Positions 44,546-53,838 of a DNA stretch of 64,000 nt are shown here, in pieces. The notes beneath the pieces are model-generated. The model was not told the origin of the DNA and searched no databases. It saw nothing but the letters and a program-made list of their open reading frames with translations. The stretch lies in sequence record NC_055708.1, one strand, 5' to 3'. Numbering within the stretch: position 1 is the first letter of the stretch; every line of letters starts with the position of its first letter. Position numbers and translations under genes: made by a program. The stretch comes from Enterobacteria phage ATK47.

Positions 44546-45718
44546 ATGTCTGATTTAAAATCTCGTCTGATTAAAGCTTCTACTTCTAAAATGACTGCCG
44601 ACTTGACCAAGTCTAAGCTCTTTAATAATCGTGATGAAGTCCCTACTCGTATTCCGATGTTGAATATTGCACTAGGTGGTGCTCTGAATGCAGGATTGCA
44701 ATCAGGCTTGACTATTTTTGCTGCACCTTCTAAACACTTTAAAACATTGTTTGGGCTGACTATGGTTGCAGCGTATATGAAGAAATATAAAGATGCAATC
44801 TGTTTGTTTTATGACTCGGAATTTGGTGCTTCAGAATCTTATTTTCGTTCAATGGGTGTTGATTTAGACCGTGTAGTTCACACACCAATTCAGTCCGTCG
44901 AACAACTTAAAGTTGATATGACTAATCAGCTTGACGCTATTGAACGCGGTGATAAAGTTATTATCTTTATCGATTCAATCGGTAATACTGCATCTAAGAA
45001 AGAAACCGAAGATGCATTGAACGAGAAAGTTGTAGGTGATATGTCTCGTGCTAAGGCACTTAAATCTCTGTTCCGTATTGTGACTCCTTATCTGACTATT
45101 AAAGATATTCCGTGTGTTGCAATCAACCATACAGCAATGGAAATCGGCGGACTATATCCTAAAGAGATTATGGGCGGTGGTACAGGTATTCTTTACTCTG
45201 CTAACACTGTATTCTTTATCTCTAAACGTCAGGTTAAAGAAGGTACAGAATTGACAGGTTATGACTTCACGTTGAAAGCAGAAAAATCTCGTACTGTTAA
45301 AGAAAAATCTACTTTCCCGATCACGGTTAATTTTGATGGCGGTATTGATCCATTCAGTGGCTTGTTAGAAATGGCAACTGAAATTGGATTTGTTGTTAAG
45401 CCTAAAGCTGGTTGGTATGCTCGTGAATTCCTTGACGAAGAAACAGGCGAAATGATTCGTGAAGAAAAATCATGGCGTGCTAAAGCTACTGATTGTGTAG
45501 AATTCTGGGGGCCGTTGTTTAAACACAAACCTTTCCGAGATGCAATTGAAACTAAATATAAACTAGGTGCTATCTCTTCTATTAAAGAAGTTGATGACGC
45601 TGTTAACGACCTTATTAATTGCAAAGCAACAACTAAAGTTCCGGTTAAAGCTTCTGATGCTCCGTCTGCAGCAGATATAGAAAACGACCTTGACGAAATG
45701 GAAGATTTCGATGAATAA
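44546..45718 (+). CDS. uvsX: Recombinase UvsX (RecA-like)
   Basis: 390 aa; near-identical to T4 UvsX as recalled. Confidence 0.97.
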   Translation: MSDLKSRLIKASTSKMTADLTKSKLFNNRDEVPTRIPMLNIALGGALNAGLQSGLTIFAAPSKHFKTLFGLTMVAAYMKKYKDAICLFYDSEFGASESYFRSMGVDLDRVVHTPIQSVEQLKVDMTNQLDAIERGDKVIIFIDSIGNTASKKETEDALNEKVVGDMSRAKALKSLFRIVTPYLTIKDIPCVAINHTAMEIGGLYPKEIMGGGTGILYSANTVFFISKRQVKEGTELTGYDFTLKAEKSRTVKEKSTFPITVNFDGGIDPFSGLLEMATEIGFVVKPKAGWYAREFLDEETGEMIREEKSWRAKATDCVEFWGPLFKHKPFRDAIETKYKLGAISSIKEVDDAVNDLINCKATTKVPVKASDAPSAADIENDLDEMEDFDE

Positions 45719-46052
45719 TCTTGATGATTTAAATCTAGAAATCGTTGATGAATCCCCTTCTTCGGAAGGGGAAGACATTCGCAAAGAACGAGTGTTTAAT
45801 GAATCTCTTAAAATTATCCGTTCAGCAATGGAAAATGTCATTCAAGAGATTCTGATTACACTTGAAGACGGTTCTCATCATATAGTCTATATTACAAAAC
45901 TAGACTGGGTTGATGGTAAAATCGTAATGGACTTTGCAGTTCTTGACCAGGACAGAAAAGCAGAACTTGCACCGCATGTTGAAAAATGTGTTACAATGCA
46001 GGTACAACAAGCTTTTAATGAACGAACCAAGAAAAAATTTAAATTCTTTTAA
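45711..46052 (+). CDS. 40: gp40-like protein (positional)
   Basis: 113 aa ORF between uvsX and 41. Confidence 0.55.
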   Translation: MNNLDDLNLEIVDESPSSEGEDIRKERVFNESLKIIRSAMENVIQEILITLEDGSHHIVYITKLDWVDGKIVMDFAVLDQDRKAELAPHVEKCVTMQVQQAFNERTKKKFKFF

Positions 46053-46061
46053 GGAGTTATC

Positions 46062-47504
46062 GTGGTAGAAATTATTTTGTCTCATCTAGTATATGACCAG
46101 GCTTATTTTTCTAAGGTCTGGCCTTATATGGATTCTGAGTATTTTGAGCGTGGACCGGCAAAAAACGTCTTTAAAATTATAAAGAACCACGTTAACGAAT
46201 ATAATGCAATGCCATCTATCAATGCATTAAAGGTGGCTTTAGATAACAGTTCTTTAACTGAAGCCGAATATAAAGGAACTTCAGACCTAATTGAAAAATT
46301 GGCTGACACTCCTGAAGACCACGAATGGTTGGTTAAAGAAACTGAGAAATATGTCCAGCAAAAAGCGATGTATAATGCTACGTCCAAAATCATTGAGATT
46401 CAGACTAATGCTGAACTACCTCCAGAACAACGTAACAAGAAAATGCCTGACGTAGGAGCTATTCCTGATATTATGCGTCAAGCACTTTCAATTTCGTTTG
46501 ATAGTTATGTTGGTCATGACTGGATGGAAGACTATGAAGCACGCTGGCTTTCTTATCTAAATAAAGCACGTAAGGTCCCGTTCAAATTAAACATTCTGAA
46601 TAAAATCACCAAAGGTGGTGCAGAAACAGGTACACTGAACGTTTTAATGGCCGGTGTTAACGTTGGTAAATCTTTAGGCCTTTGTTCACTTGCTGCAGAT
46701 TATCTTCAAACAGGACATAATGTTCTTTATATTTCCATGGAAATGGCTGAAGAAGTTTGTGCTAAGCGTATAGACGCAAACATGCTTGACGTATCACTCG
46801 ATGATATCGACGATGGTAACGTATCTTATGCTGAATATAAAGCCAAGATGGAAAAATGGCGTTCAAAAACAACATTAGGACGTTTAGTAGTTAAACAGTA
46901 TCCTACTGGTGGAGCTAATGCTAATACATTTCGTGCATTGCTTAATGAGTTAAAACTTAAGAAGAACTTTGTGCCATCTGTAATCATGGTTGATTACTTA
47001 GGTATTTGTGGGTCTTGTCGTATCAGAGTTTACACTGAAAATAGCTACACATTAGTTAAAGCTATCGCAGAAGAACTTCGTGCATTAGCAGTAGAATCTG
47101 AAACAGTTCTATGGACTGCAGCTCAAGTAGGACGTGCAGCCTGGGATGCTTCAGACATGAACATGAGTGATATCGCAGAATCAGCAGGTTTACCAGCAAC
47201 AGCAGATTTCATGTTGGCCGTAATTGAAACCGAAGAACTTGCACAAGCTGAACAACAACTTATCAAACAAATCAAATCACGATACGGTGATAAGAATAAG
47301 TGGAATAAATTCCTGATGGGTGTACGTAAAGGCAATCAGAAATGGGTTGAGATTGAGCAAGAAGGCATGAACACACCTAACACAGTAAATGAAAACGCAG
47401 GTGCTCAGATGCGTCAGGCAGAGGTGAATCGCACGGAACGCGTAGGTAAAGCCAAAGCAACACGTGCTGACCTAGATAGCTTAGCCAATGAGTTAAAATT
47501 TTAA
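46062..47504 (+). CDS. 41: Replicative DNA helicase gp41
   Basis: 480 aa; near-identical to T4 gp41 as recalled; GTG start. Confidence 0.97.
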   Translation: MVEIILSHLVYDQAYFSKVWPYMDSEYFERGPAKNVFKIIKNHVNEYNAMPSINALKVALDNSSLTEAEYKGTSDLIEKLADTPEDHEWLVKETEKYVQQKAMYNATSKIIEIQTNAELPPEQRNKKMPDVGAIPDIMRQALSISFDSYVGHDWMEDYEARWLSYLNKARKVPFKLNILNKITKGGAETGTLNVLMAGVNVGKSLGLCSLAADYLQTGHNVLYISMEMAEEVCAKRIDANMLDVSLDDIDDGNVSYAEYKAKMEKWRSKTTLGRLVVKQYPTGGANANTFRALLNELKLKKNFVPSVIMVDYLGICGSCRIRVYTENSYTLVKAIAEELRALAVESETVLWTAAQVGRAAWDASDMNMSDIAESAGLPATADFMLAVIETEELAQAEQQLIKQIKSRYGDKNKWNKFLMGVRKGNQKWVEIEQEGMNTPNTVNENAGAQMRQAEVNRTERVGKAKATRADLDSLANELKF

Positions 47505-47511
47505 TAAAAAA

Positions 47512-47531
47512 GGAGACTTCGGTCTCCTTTC
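47512..47531 (+). terminator. Rho-independent terminator (UUCG tetraloop)
   Basis: ggagac-ttcg-gtctcc + TTT. Confidence 0.75.
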
Positions 47532-47534
47532 GGG

Positions 47535-47564
47535 GTTTACATCTTCCTCTAGGCATGATATGAT
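47535..47564 (+). promoter_or_regulatory. Early promoter (GTTTAC, TATGAT)
   Basis: 18-bp spacing. Confidence 0.45.
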
Positions 47565-47593
47565 GTACTTACACCAACCAAGAGGAAAACATT

Positions 47594-47968
47594 ATGAATA
47601 TGTCTCAAGCAATTTTTACTGCAATCACCGAAAACACAACTGTTGAAGTAGTTTCTCCGCTGGCAACCTACGTTATTCTTGCTCCTAAATCTATTGTATC
47701 TCGTATGGAAAACATGGGCAAACGTATCGTACAAATCGTTGGAGCCGGAAATCAAAAACTTGATTATCTGCGAACCATCAAAGCTTATGAACATTTCCAA
47801 CTCGAAAAAGGTTCTCCTATCCAGGTAGAACTCGTAAATGGTGATATCGTTCGAGCAATGTTCCATCATTTCTATGCATTGAATGACCCATCTAAAGCGG
47901 TTCGTTTAATTGCATACGACGCAAACCAAAACGAAATCAACGCAGATATATCTAAATTACGTTTTTAA
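47594..47968 (+). CDS. Hypothetical protein
   Basis: ORF with SD. Confidence 0.45.
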   Translation: MNMSQAIFTAITENTTVEVVSPLATYVILAPKSIVSRMENMGKRIVQIVGAGNQKLDYLRTIKAYEHFQLEKGSPIQVELVNGDIVRAMFHHFYALNDPSKAVRLIAYDANQNEINADISKLRF

Positions 47969-48017
47969 GTTTACTTCTCCAGTAGTTGTGTTATTATAGA
48001 CCTATCAACTACTGGAG
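47969..48017 (+). promoter_or_regulatory. Early promoter-stem-loop (GTTTAC, TATTAT; inverted repeat ctccagtagttg/caactactggag)
   Basis: 12-bp perfect inverted repeat; 3' arm includes SD. Confidence 0.6.
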
Positions 48018-48023
48018 AACAAA

Positions 48024-48341
48024 ATGAAAACCATCGATTGTAAAGCAGAATTTAAGATTTTTTATCACGGTTCAAGTAGTTCAGCTAACATCGAAAACAT
48101 GCTTTGTCCTCCTGAAGAAACAGGAGTTCTGTCTGAAACTGGACGTAAGAAAAACTTGAATCGTGTATTCTTTACTGAAGATATCGGTTTAGCAAAGATT
48201 TATGCAGGACGAGCAGCACGCTCTTATGGAGGTGAACCACGTCTCTATCGAGTAATTTCTCCGGTAGACGTAGTTCAAATGAATAATACTAAAGGTGCTA
48301 CAGTTTATCACGCTGAATGGGCATTTTGCGAGGAAATATGA
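48024..48341 (+). CDS. Hypothetical protein
   Basis: ORF. Confidence 0.4.
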   Translation: MKTIDCKAEFKIFYHGSSSSANIENMLCPPEETGVLSETGRKKNLNRVFFTEDIGLAKIYAGRAARSYGGEPRLYRVISPVDVVQMNNTKGATVYHAEWAFCEEI

Positions 48342-48526
48342 GCAAATTAACTAAAGTTACTTTTATCGGTTGGTTTAAAAGCGGCGAGATGTTCACTAAA
48401 GATATCATGCTATCAGGTGATCGCGAAGAAATCGAGTGGGTTACGGTACAACTTGCTGAAGTGAACAATGCATTAGTTAAAGCATTTATTAATGACGAGA
48501 AAGTTTTCGAAGCAGATTTTCGATAA
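48338..48526 (+). CDS. Hypothetical small protein
   Basis: ATGA overlap. Confidence 0.35.
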   Translation: MSKLTKVTFIGWFKSGEMFTKDIMLSGDREEIEWVTVQLAEVNNALVKAFINDEKVFEADFR

Positions 48527-48539
48527 TTTTAAAATAACT

Positions 48540-48569
48540 GTTTACAAGCACCACATACTGTGTTACTAT
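48540..48569 (+). promoter_or_regulatory. Early promoter (GTTTAC, TACTAT)
   Basis: 18-bp spacing. Confidence 0.5.
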
Positions 48570-48597
48570 CTTTCTATCAACTACAGAGGAAATTGAA

Positions 48598-48966
48598 ATG
48601 AAAAAATTAATCGCTTTAGCAATGGTATTTGGATTAACCGGATGTGGTGCCCATGGCTTTATCCCTAATAACGTCGGCCAATTGATTTACAATCCGAATG
48701 TTAAACAGTACGACCAACCTAAAGTTGAAGTGGAAGACCCGGTTACTGTAGGTAATCGAATGATTCAAGCTGATGCCCATGCTCAACGTTATCGTGATTC
48801 TGATACTGTAGCATTGTCAAAAGAACAACGCGTTAAAGAACATTGCTTACAGGCTACTGAAATCGCATTCATTCGCTATGTTGAAACAACTGGTAAAGAG
48901 CCTTCCCAGAAACAAATCGCGAATAACTACGTCCAGTGTATTGAACGTTTAAACAAATTTAATTAA
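48598..48966 (+). CDS. Lipoprotein
   Basis: Lipobox LTGC after signal peptide. Confidence 0.5.
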   Translation: MKKLIALAMVFGLTGCGAHGFIPNNVGQLIYNPNVKQYDQPKVEVEDPVTVGNRMIQADAHAQRYRDSDTVALSKEQRVKEHCLQATEIAFIRYVETTGKEPSQKQIANNYVQCIERLNKFN

Positions 48967-48969
48967 TTG

Positions 48970-48999
48970 GTTTACACCAAAGTTAAAATAAGATACTAT
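48970..48999 (+). promoter_or_regulatory. Early promoter (GTTTAC, TACTAT)
   Basis: 18-bp spacing. Confidence 0.5.
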
Positions 49000-49027
49000 A
49001 AACATAACAAATCAAGAGGAAATTAAC

Positions 49028-49276
49028 ATGGAATTATTCGTAGCTAGTTCAGTAGCAGTTTTAATCGCAGGTATTGGTTCAATCATCATTTACATGTTGC
49101 CTTGGGTAATCGCACTTATTCGTGGCACAAAAAGCACAACAGCAATCTTCTTTGTATCTTTGCTCTTTAACTGGACGATGGTTGGTTGGATTGGAACTTT
49201 AATTTGGTCTATCGTTGCCGAAAAGAAATCTGCTCAGCAGCCTCAACAAGTAATTATTATTCGCGAAAAAGAATAA
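49028..49276 (+). CDS. Small two-helix membrane protein
   Basis: Two transmembrane segments. Confidence 0.45.
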   Translation: MELFVASSVAVLIAGIGSIIIYMLPWVIALIRGTKSTTAIFFVSLLFNWTMVGWIGTLIWSIVAEKKSAQQPQQVIIIREKE

Positions 49277-49280
49277 ACTT

Positions 49281-49318
49281 GTTTACATTATAGATGGACT
49301 ATAGTATAGTAGTCCTAT
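49281..49318 (+). promoter_or_regulatory. Early promoter-stem-loop (GTTTAC, TATAGT doubled; TATAGTAGTCCTATC box)
   Basis: Read directly. Confidence 0.5.
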
Positions 49319-49339
49319 CAAATCAACTAAGGAGTTAAA

Positions 49340-49633
49340 ATGAAAAAGTTATCATTGGCAGCAATCTTACTCGCAGTATCATGTGCACCAGCTCCAGTTA
49401 CAGCAGGTTATGATAAAGACCTCTGTGAGTGGTCAATGACTGCAAATCAAGAAGATGTTGAACATCAAATCTTCGCTGATATCATGAACATTACTAAACG
49501 AGACCGTCCTAATATGGTTAATAAAGTTGTTGAACAACTTAAGTCTGGCGGTATCATGCAGTACAACTATGTTTTGTATTGTGACCCTAATTTCGATAAC
49601 AAAGATATCGTAACCGAAATCACAGGTGAATAA
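49340..49633 (+). CDS. sp: Spackle (Sp) periplasmic protein
   Basis: 97 aa; signal peptide; GYDKDLCEWSMTA...IMQYNYVLYCD matches T4 Sp as recalled. Confidence 0.85.
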   Translation: MKKLSLAAILLAVSCAPAPVTAGYDKDLCEWSMTANQEDVEHQIFADIMNITKRDRPNMVNKVVEQLKSGGIMQYNYVLYCDPNFDNKDIVTEITGE

Positions 49634-50285
49634 TATGATTTATTACATGCACAAAAACGCGCCATTTAAATATGGTAAATTTCCTAATGCACAATGTTAT
49701 AATATAACGCCGAATGAAAATAATAATGGATACCATATTGGTGTAATTTTTGTAATTGTTAAAGATAACGAAATCGTTGCATGGGCAGATTTTAAAGGTA
49801 CAACGTATGACGTTAATCCAGTTCCGTTCACATATTATAATTTAATGGATTTAGCATACGACTATAATTGGTTTACTCATGATACTCTAGCACATGTTGA
49901 AGGCGTAGGATTTGACATCTCTTATTCTAGTTATTCATTATGTCCTATGAGCCGAGCTCACGGTAAAGATGTATCATATCTTTCAATTCGGAAACGTGTA
50001 AACTTTAAACGTAGTACAGAGTATGTTGGTGGACTCTTTGTTAAAGATAATAAAATAACTCGTATTAGTTATCCTTTAAGTGTAGGTCAAAAAGATGTTG
50101 ATGTTGATTTAGACTTAACTGAAAGTAACATTAATCGTATTGCTTCTGTATATTTTGATATCGATGAAAAAATTGTAGTGTGTGGATACGAATTACCACC
50201 TGAAGAAAAGGCTGAAACAATTGAAGTCGAATTAGAAATTTCTGTTGATGACCAAATATTTAATGCATTTATGAATCGAGGTTAA
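49626..50285 (+). CDS. Hypothetical protein, 219 aa (61.x region)
   Basis: ORF. Confidence 0.45.
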   Translation: MNNMIYYMHKNAPFKYGKFPNAQCYNITPNENNNGYHIGVIFVIVKDNEIVAWADFKGTTYDVNPVPFTYYNLMDLAYDYNWFTHDTLAHVEGVGFDISYSSYSLCPMSRAHGKDVSYLSIRKRVNFKRSTEYVGGLFVKDNKITRISYPLSVGQKDVDVDLDLTESNINRIASVYFDIDEKIVVCGYELPPEEKAETIEVELEISVDDQIFNAFMNRG

Positions 50286-50286
50286 A

Positions 50287-50484
50287 ATGACTACTGCAAT
50301 TTGCACTGGTTCTAAAATTAGTGTTTTTACAAGTTTTGAAGATTATGAAGTTGTTTCAAAACACCAATGCCATATTAGCGTAAAAGCTAATGATGGCGTA
50401 ATTTGGAATATTCCACACTATGAAGACACTACATATGAAGTCACAGATGCGAACGGTGATAAAGCGATCTTTGTGATTGATTAA
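50287..50484 (+). CDS. Hypothetical small protein
   Basis: ORF. Confidence 0.35.
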   Translation: MTTAICTGSKISVFTSFEDYEVVSKHQCHISVKANDGVIWNIPHYEDTTYEVTDANGDKAIFVID

Positions 50485-50503
50485 ATATACTCAGGAGGTA
50501 CCT

Positions 50504-50971
50504 ATGGGTATTATTAACACTGCAATAGATTCAGTTTATGCATATAAGTTTATTCGACTAATGCAAAAACCTTTTACCGAATGGAAAGCGTACGAAGCCA
50601 AAATCATCGACGAACGTGGAAGTGTTCTTAAACGTCCTTCCACTCCTGAAGAGAAAGCGGCTTATACACCTTTTCATGCTTCAGTTCGTTCAATGAAGCG
50701 AATGATGAGCACTGTTCCGGGTCTTAATGGAATGGCCTCAATGATGTCTGCCTGGAGTGCTGTAGCATCCCGCTATAACATTACAGAAGAACAACAGAAA
50801 GAAATATTTAAAGAACTCCCTTTATTTGAGGATATGGTTGCTGGTGATTCAGGTGGCAGCCCTCAAGCTATTGCATCAGGAACAACTACAGGTGCAGTCG
50901 TAAATAAAGGTCCAGAACAAATTCCTTCCAAGAAAAGAAAGCGAATTAAAGTAAATATTAATAAGTTGTGA
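50504..50971 (+). CDS. Hypothetical protein
   Basis: ATG after SD AGGAGG. Confidence 0.4.
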   Translation: MGIINTAIDSVYAYKFIRLMQKPFTEWKAYEAKIIDERGSVLKRPSTPEEKAAYTPFHASVRSMKRMMSTVPGLNGMASMMSAWSAVASRYNITEEQQKEIFKELPLFEDMVAGDSGGSPQAIASGTTTGAVVNKGPEQIPSKKRKRIKVNINKL

Positions 50972-51010
50972 TATGATGGCCTTATTAATTTAAGGCCTCT
51001 GGAGAATACT

Positions 51011-52033
51011 ATGGCTGAATGGATAGATAATGAATTTGCTTATCGTGCGTTTTCTCACCTCCCTCGTTTTAGACAAATCAATAATTCAAGCACATTTAAA
51101 TTAACGTTTCGTTGTCCAGTTTGTGGCGACTCTCAGACAGATGCAATGAAAGCCCGCGGATGGTATTATGGTGGTACTCCAGGTAATGTGCATTGCTATA
51201 ACTGTCAGTATCATAATACAATTTCCGGATACTTAAAAGAGTATGATGAAGAGCTTTATCGCGAGTATCTAATGGAAGTTCGTAAAGAAAAAGTTAGAAT
51301 GGAACCAAAGATTGAAAAGGTTCCTGAACATAAACCAGAACCGGAGAAAAAGACTATAAATTCTTTGCCGTCTTGTTCTCGTCTGGACAAGCTGCCTGAA
51401 GAGCATCCTATTGTGAAATATGTTAAGTCTCGGTGTATTCCTAAAGAATCGTGGAACAGATTATGGTTCACATTAGAATGGCCTAAATTGGTCAACAAGA
51501 TTCAACCTGGTACGTATAAGAAAGAGATTCCCGAGCCACGTTTAGTGATTCCTATTTTTAATAAAGATGGGAAGGCCGAGTCATTCCAAGGACGTGCACT
51601 TCGTAAAGATGCTCCTCAGAAATATATCACTATTAAAGCGTTTGAGTCTGCAACAAAAATTTATGGTGTTGAACGTGTTAAGGAAGGAGACGTCTGGGTA
51701 ATGGAAGGCCCTATTGATAGTTTATTCATACCCAATGCAATCGCTATTACAGGCGGCTCAATAGATTTAGATGTGGTACCATTTAAAGAACGTCGGGTAT
51801 GGGTAATGGATAATGAACCTAGGCATCCAGATACTATAGCTCGCATGAAGCGATTAGTTGATGCAGGCGAACGTGTCATGTTCTGGGACCGAGCTCCGTG
51901 GAGTTCAAAGGATGTGAATGATATGGTAATGAAAGAAAATGCAACACCACAAGAAATTTTAGAATATATGAAACAGAATATTTCAAGTGGGTTGCATGCT
52001 AAAATGAGATTATCTCGTTATTCGAAGATTTAA
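51011..52033 (+). CDS. 61: DNA primase gp61
   Basis: Zinc ribbon CPVCGDS...CYNC; strong similarity to T4 gp61 as recalled. Confidence 0.95.
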   Translation: MAEWIDNEFAYRAFSHLPRFRQINNSSTFKLTFRCPVCGDSQTDAMKARGWYYGGTPGNVHCYNCQYHNTISGYLKEYDEELYREYLMEVRKEKVRMEPKIEKVPEHKPEPEKKTINSLPSCSRLDKLPEEHPIVKYVKSRCIPKESWNRLWFTLEWPKLVNKIQPGTYKKEIPEPRLVIPIFNKDGKAESFQGRALRKDAPQKYITIKAFESATKIYGVERVKEGDVWVMEGPIDSLFIPNAIAITGGSIDLDVVPFKERRVWVMDNEPRHPDTIARMKRLVDAGERVMFWDRAPWSSKDVNDMVMKENATPQEILEYMKQNISSGLHAKMRLSRYSKI

Positions 52034-52227
52034 ACAAGCCCTATAATAGCAAAGGCCAAATCAACTACAGTATCCAACGGAACAGAAGGAACTATAATAC
52101 CATGGGCAACTAACAACGGTGCAATCCCGAAGTTCCATGAAATAATGCCACCTACAACTATTGCGGCGATAGCAGTTTTCTTTTTATTGCCTTTAATAGC
52201 GTTGATTAACGATGGAAGTTTAAACAT
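52030..52227 (-). CDS. Small membrane protein on the minus strand
   Basis: Minus-strand ORF preceded by AAGGAG 7 nt before its ATG; hydrophobic; convergent with gene 61. Confidence 0.4.
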   Translation of the reverse strand: MFKLPSLINAIKGNKKKTAIAAIVVGGIISWNFGIAPLLVAHGIIVPSVPLDTVVDLAFAIIGLV

Positions 52228-52315
52228 AATATCTCCTTGGTTACCTATTATTTATTACGCTTTATAAAATTAATGTTAGAATTAACTCTCTTATACTGAA
52301 TTGAAAGGAAAAATA

Positions 52316-52837
52316 ATGGCACACTTTAATGAATGTTCACAACTTATTTCTGGTGTTGATAAAGCAGAAGAAGCTTATTTTAATGCTCTGATTCACGAAG
52401 ATAAAGACCCACTGCAGGTAATGCTTGATATGCAGAAATCTTTACAGGTTCGTCTGGCAAATGACAAGCCTGAACATAACAAACATCCTGATGAATTGGC
52501 CACTGCTGGTGATGTTGTTGATTGGCTGCGTAATCAGAAAGATTATATTGATGATGAATTCCGTGAACTGTTGACTTCACTTGGTGGTATGAGCAATGGT
52601 GAAAAAGCCGCCAGCAGTGTATGGAAGCCATGGAAAGCACAACATGCTGAATATCGAAATCGTCGTATCGATGAACTGTCTCCTGAAGACCAGCTTGAAA
52701 TTAAATTTGAAATGATTGATATTCTGCATTTCGTTCTAAATATGTTCCAAGGTCTAGGTCTTTCGGCTGAAGAAATCTTTAAACTTTACTACTTGAAAAA
52801 CCAACACAACTTTGAACGTCAGGATAATGGTTACTAA
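52316..52837 (+). CDS. 56: dCTPase-dUTPase gp56 (MazG-like)
   Basis: MAHFNEC...DPLQVMLDMQ...ETAGDVV.WLR matches T4 gp56 as recalled. Confidence 0.95.
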   Translation: MAHFNECSQLISGVDKAEEAYFNALIHEDKDPLQVMLDMQKSLQVRLANDKPEHNKHPDELATAGDVVDWLRNQKDYIDDEFRELLTSLGGMSNGEKAASSVWKPWKAQHAEYRNRRIDELSPEDQLEIKFEMIDILHFVLNMFQGLGLSAEEIFKLYYLKNQHNFERQDNGY

Positions 52838-52843
52838 TTAAGT

Positions 52844-52851
52844 TATAAATA
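52844..52851 (+). promoter_or_regulatory. Late promoter TATAAATA upstream of soc
   Basis: Exact consensus octamer about 30 nt upstream of the soc ATG. Confidence 0.6.
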
Positions 52852-52882
52852 CACCTGTAATTAAACAACAAAGGAGTTAATT

Positions 52883-53119
52883 ATGGGTGGTTATGTAAAC
52901 ATCAAAACCTTTACGCATCCTGCTGGTGAAGGCAAAGAAGTTAAAGGTATGGAAGTTTCTGTTCCGTTTGAGATTTATTCAAACGAACATCGGATTGCAG
53001 ATTCTCATTACCAAATCTTTCCATCAGAAAAGGCAGCTTATTCTGATGTCGTTTCTGATGCAGCAACTTGGAAAACTAAGAACGCTGCAATGTTTACCCC
53101 TACGCCAGTAAGTGGTTAA
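52883..53119 (+). CDS. soc: Small outer capsid protein Soc
   Basis: YVNIKTF...HYQIFPSEKAAYS matches T4 Soc as recalled. Confidence 0.9.
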   Translation: MGGYVNIKTFTHPAGEGKEVKGMEVSVPFEIYSNEHRIADSHYQIFPSEKAAYSDVVSDAATWKTKNAAMFTPTPVSG

Positions 53120-53128
53120 ATAATTTAA

Positions 53129-53152
53129 GGAATCCTTCGGGATTCCTTTTTT
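53129..53152 (+). terminator. Rho-independent terminator (UUCG tetraloop)
   Basis: ggaatcc-ttcg-ggattcc + TTTTTT. Confidence 0.8.
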
Positions 53153-53162
53153 CGTTTCTAGA

Positions 53163-53192
53163 GTTTACATCCACTAAAAACTATGTTAAGAT
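53163..53192 (+). promoter_or_regulatory. Early promoter (GTTTAC, TAAGAT)
   Basis: Read directly. Confidence 0.4.
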
Positions 53193-53220
53193 ATTCTTAC
53201 TTACTCAAGAGGAGAACAAT

Positions 53221-53448
53221 ATGTTAAATCGTTGGATTAAACCTAATAACACATTAGGTGCTTTGATTGCTCAAGAAGTTTCGTTGAAATACGGTCTTGG
53301 ATATTACGATGATGTAGTCGTACACTCATTCATGATGGATGGTGAAGACGTCAAATTTAATGCCGAAATCCGCTGGGATGATGGTGGCGTTCGTTTTGTT
53401 CGAGGAACAATTAATGCTTACGATGCTAAAGAAGTTATTTGCTGTTAA
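53221..53448 (+). CDS. Hypothetical protein
   Basis: ORF with SD. Confidence 0.4.
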   Translation: MLNRWIKPNNTLGALIAQEVSLKYGLGYYDDVVVHSFMMDGEDVKFNAEIRWDDGGVRFVRGTINAYDAKEVICC

Positions 53449-53658
53449 ACCAGGCGAAGGTATGATGCCTATTCCTGATACACACGAAAAAAGTTGGGAA
53501 TATATCGGTGACGGAATGATGGAAGAAGTTGTTCGTCCAAAAACAAAACAGGTTAATGCTTCAAGCTCTTCAAGTTATAATCATTCATACGTATCGTCTT
53601 GGCCTGGTGATTCCGGGTCAAGTTATTCTGATTGTGGTTCAAGCTCAGGGAGCTGCGA

Positions 53659-53838
53659 ATGAACAAGATAGTTAAATGGTTTAAAAGCTGGGACGATGGT
53701 GTCGGTCCAGAAGATTGGCTGGATGTTCTTGAAGAGAATATGGCTAAAGAATTCCAGAAACATGAAGAAAAGCTCGTCGAAGATGAAGGCGAACGTATTG
53801 TAAAACTTTATATGGGTGAACCATCGAGGAAATTATAA
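53659..53838 (+). CDS. Hypothetical small protein
   Basis: ORF. Confidence 0.3.
   Translation: MNKIVKWFKSWDDGVGPEDWLDVLEENMAKEFQKHEEKLVEDEGERIVKLYMGEPSRKL

Noticed and set aside
49626-50285. Naming the 219-aa ORF as an anti-DarT factor (AdfA / T4 61.2 ortholog)
   Set aside because: Only position in the 41-61 interval suggests it; I cannot recall the reference sequence well enough to support homology.
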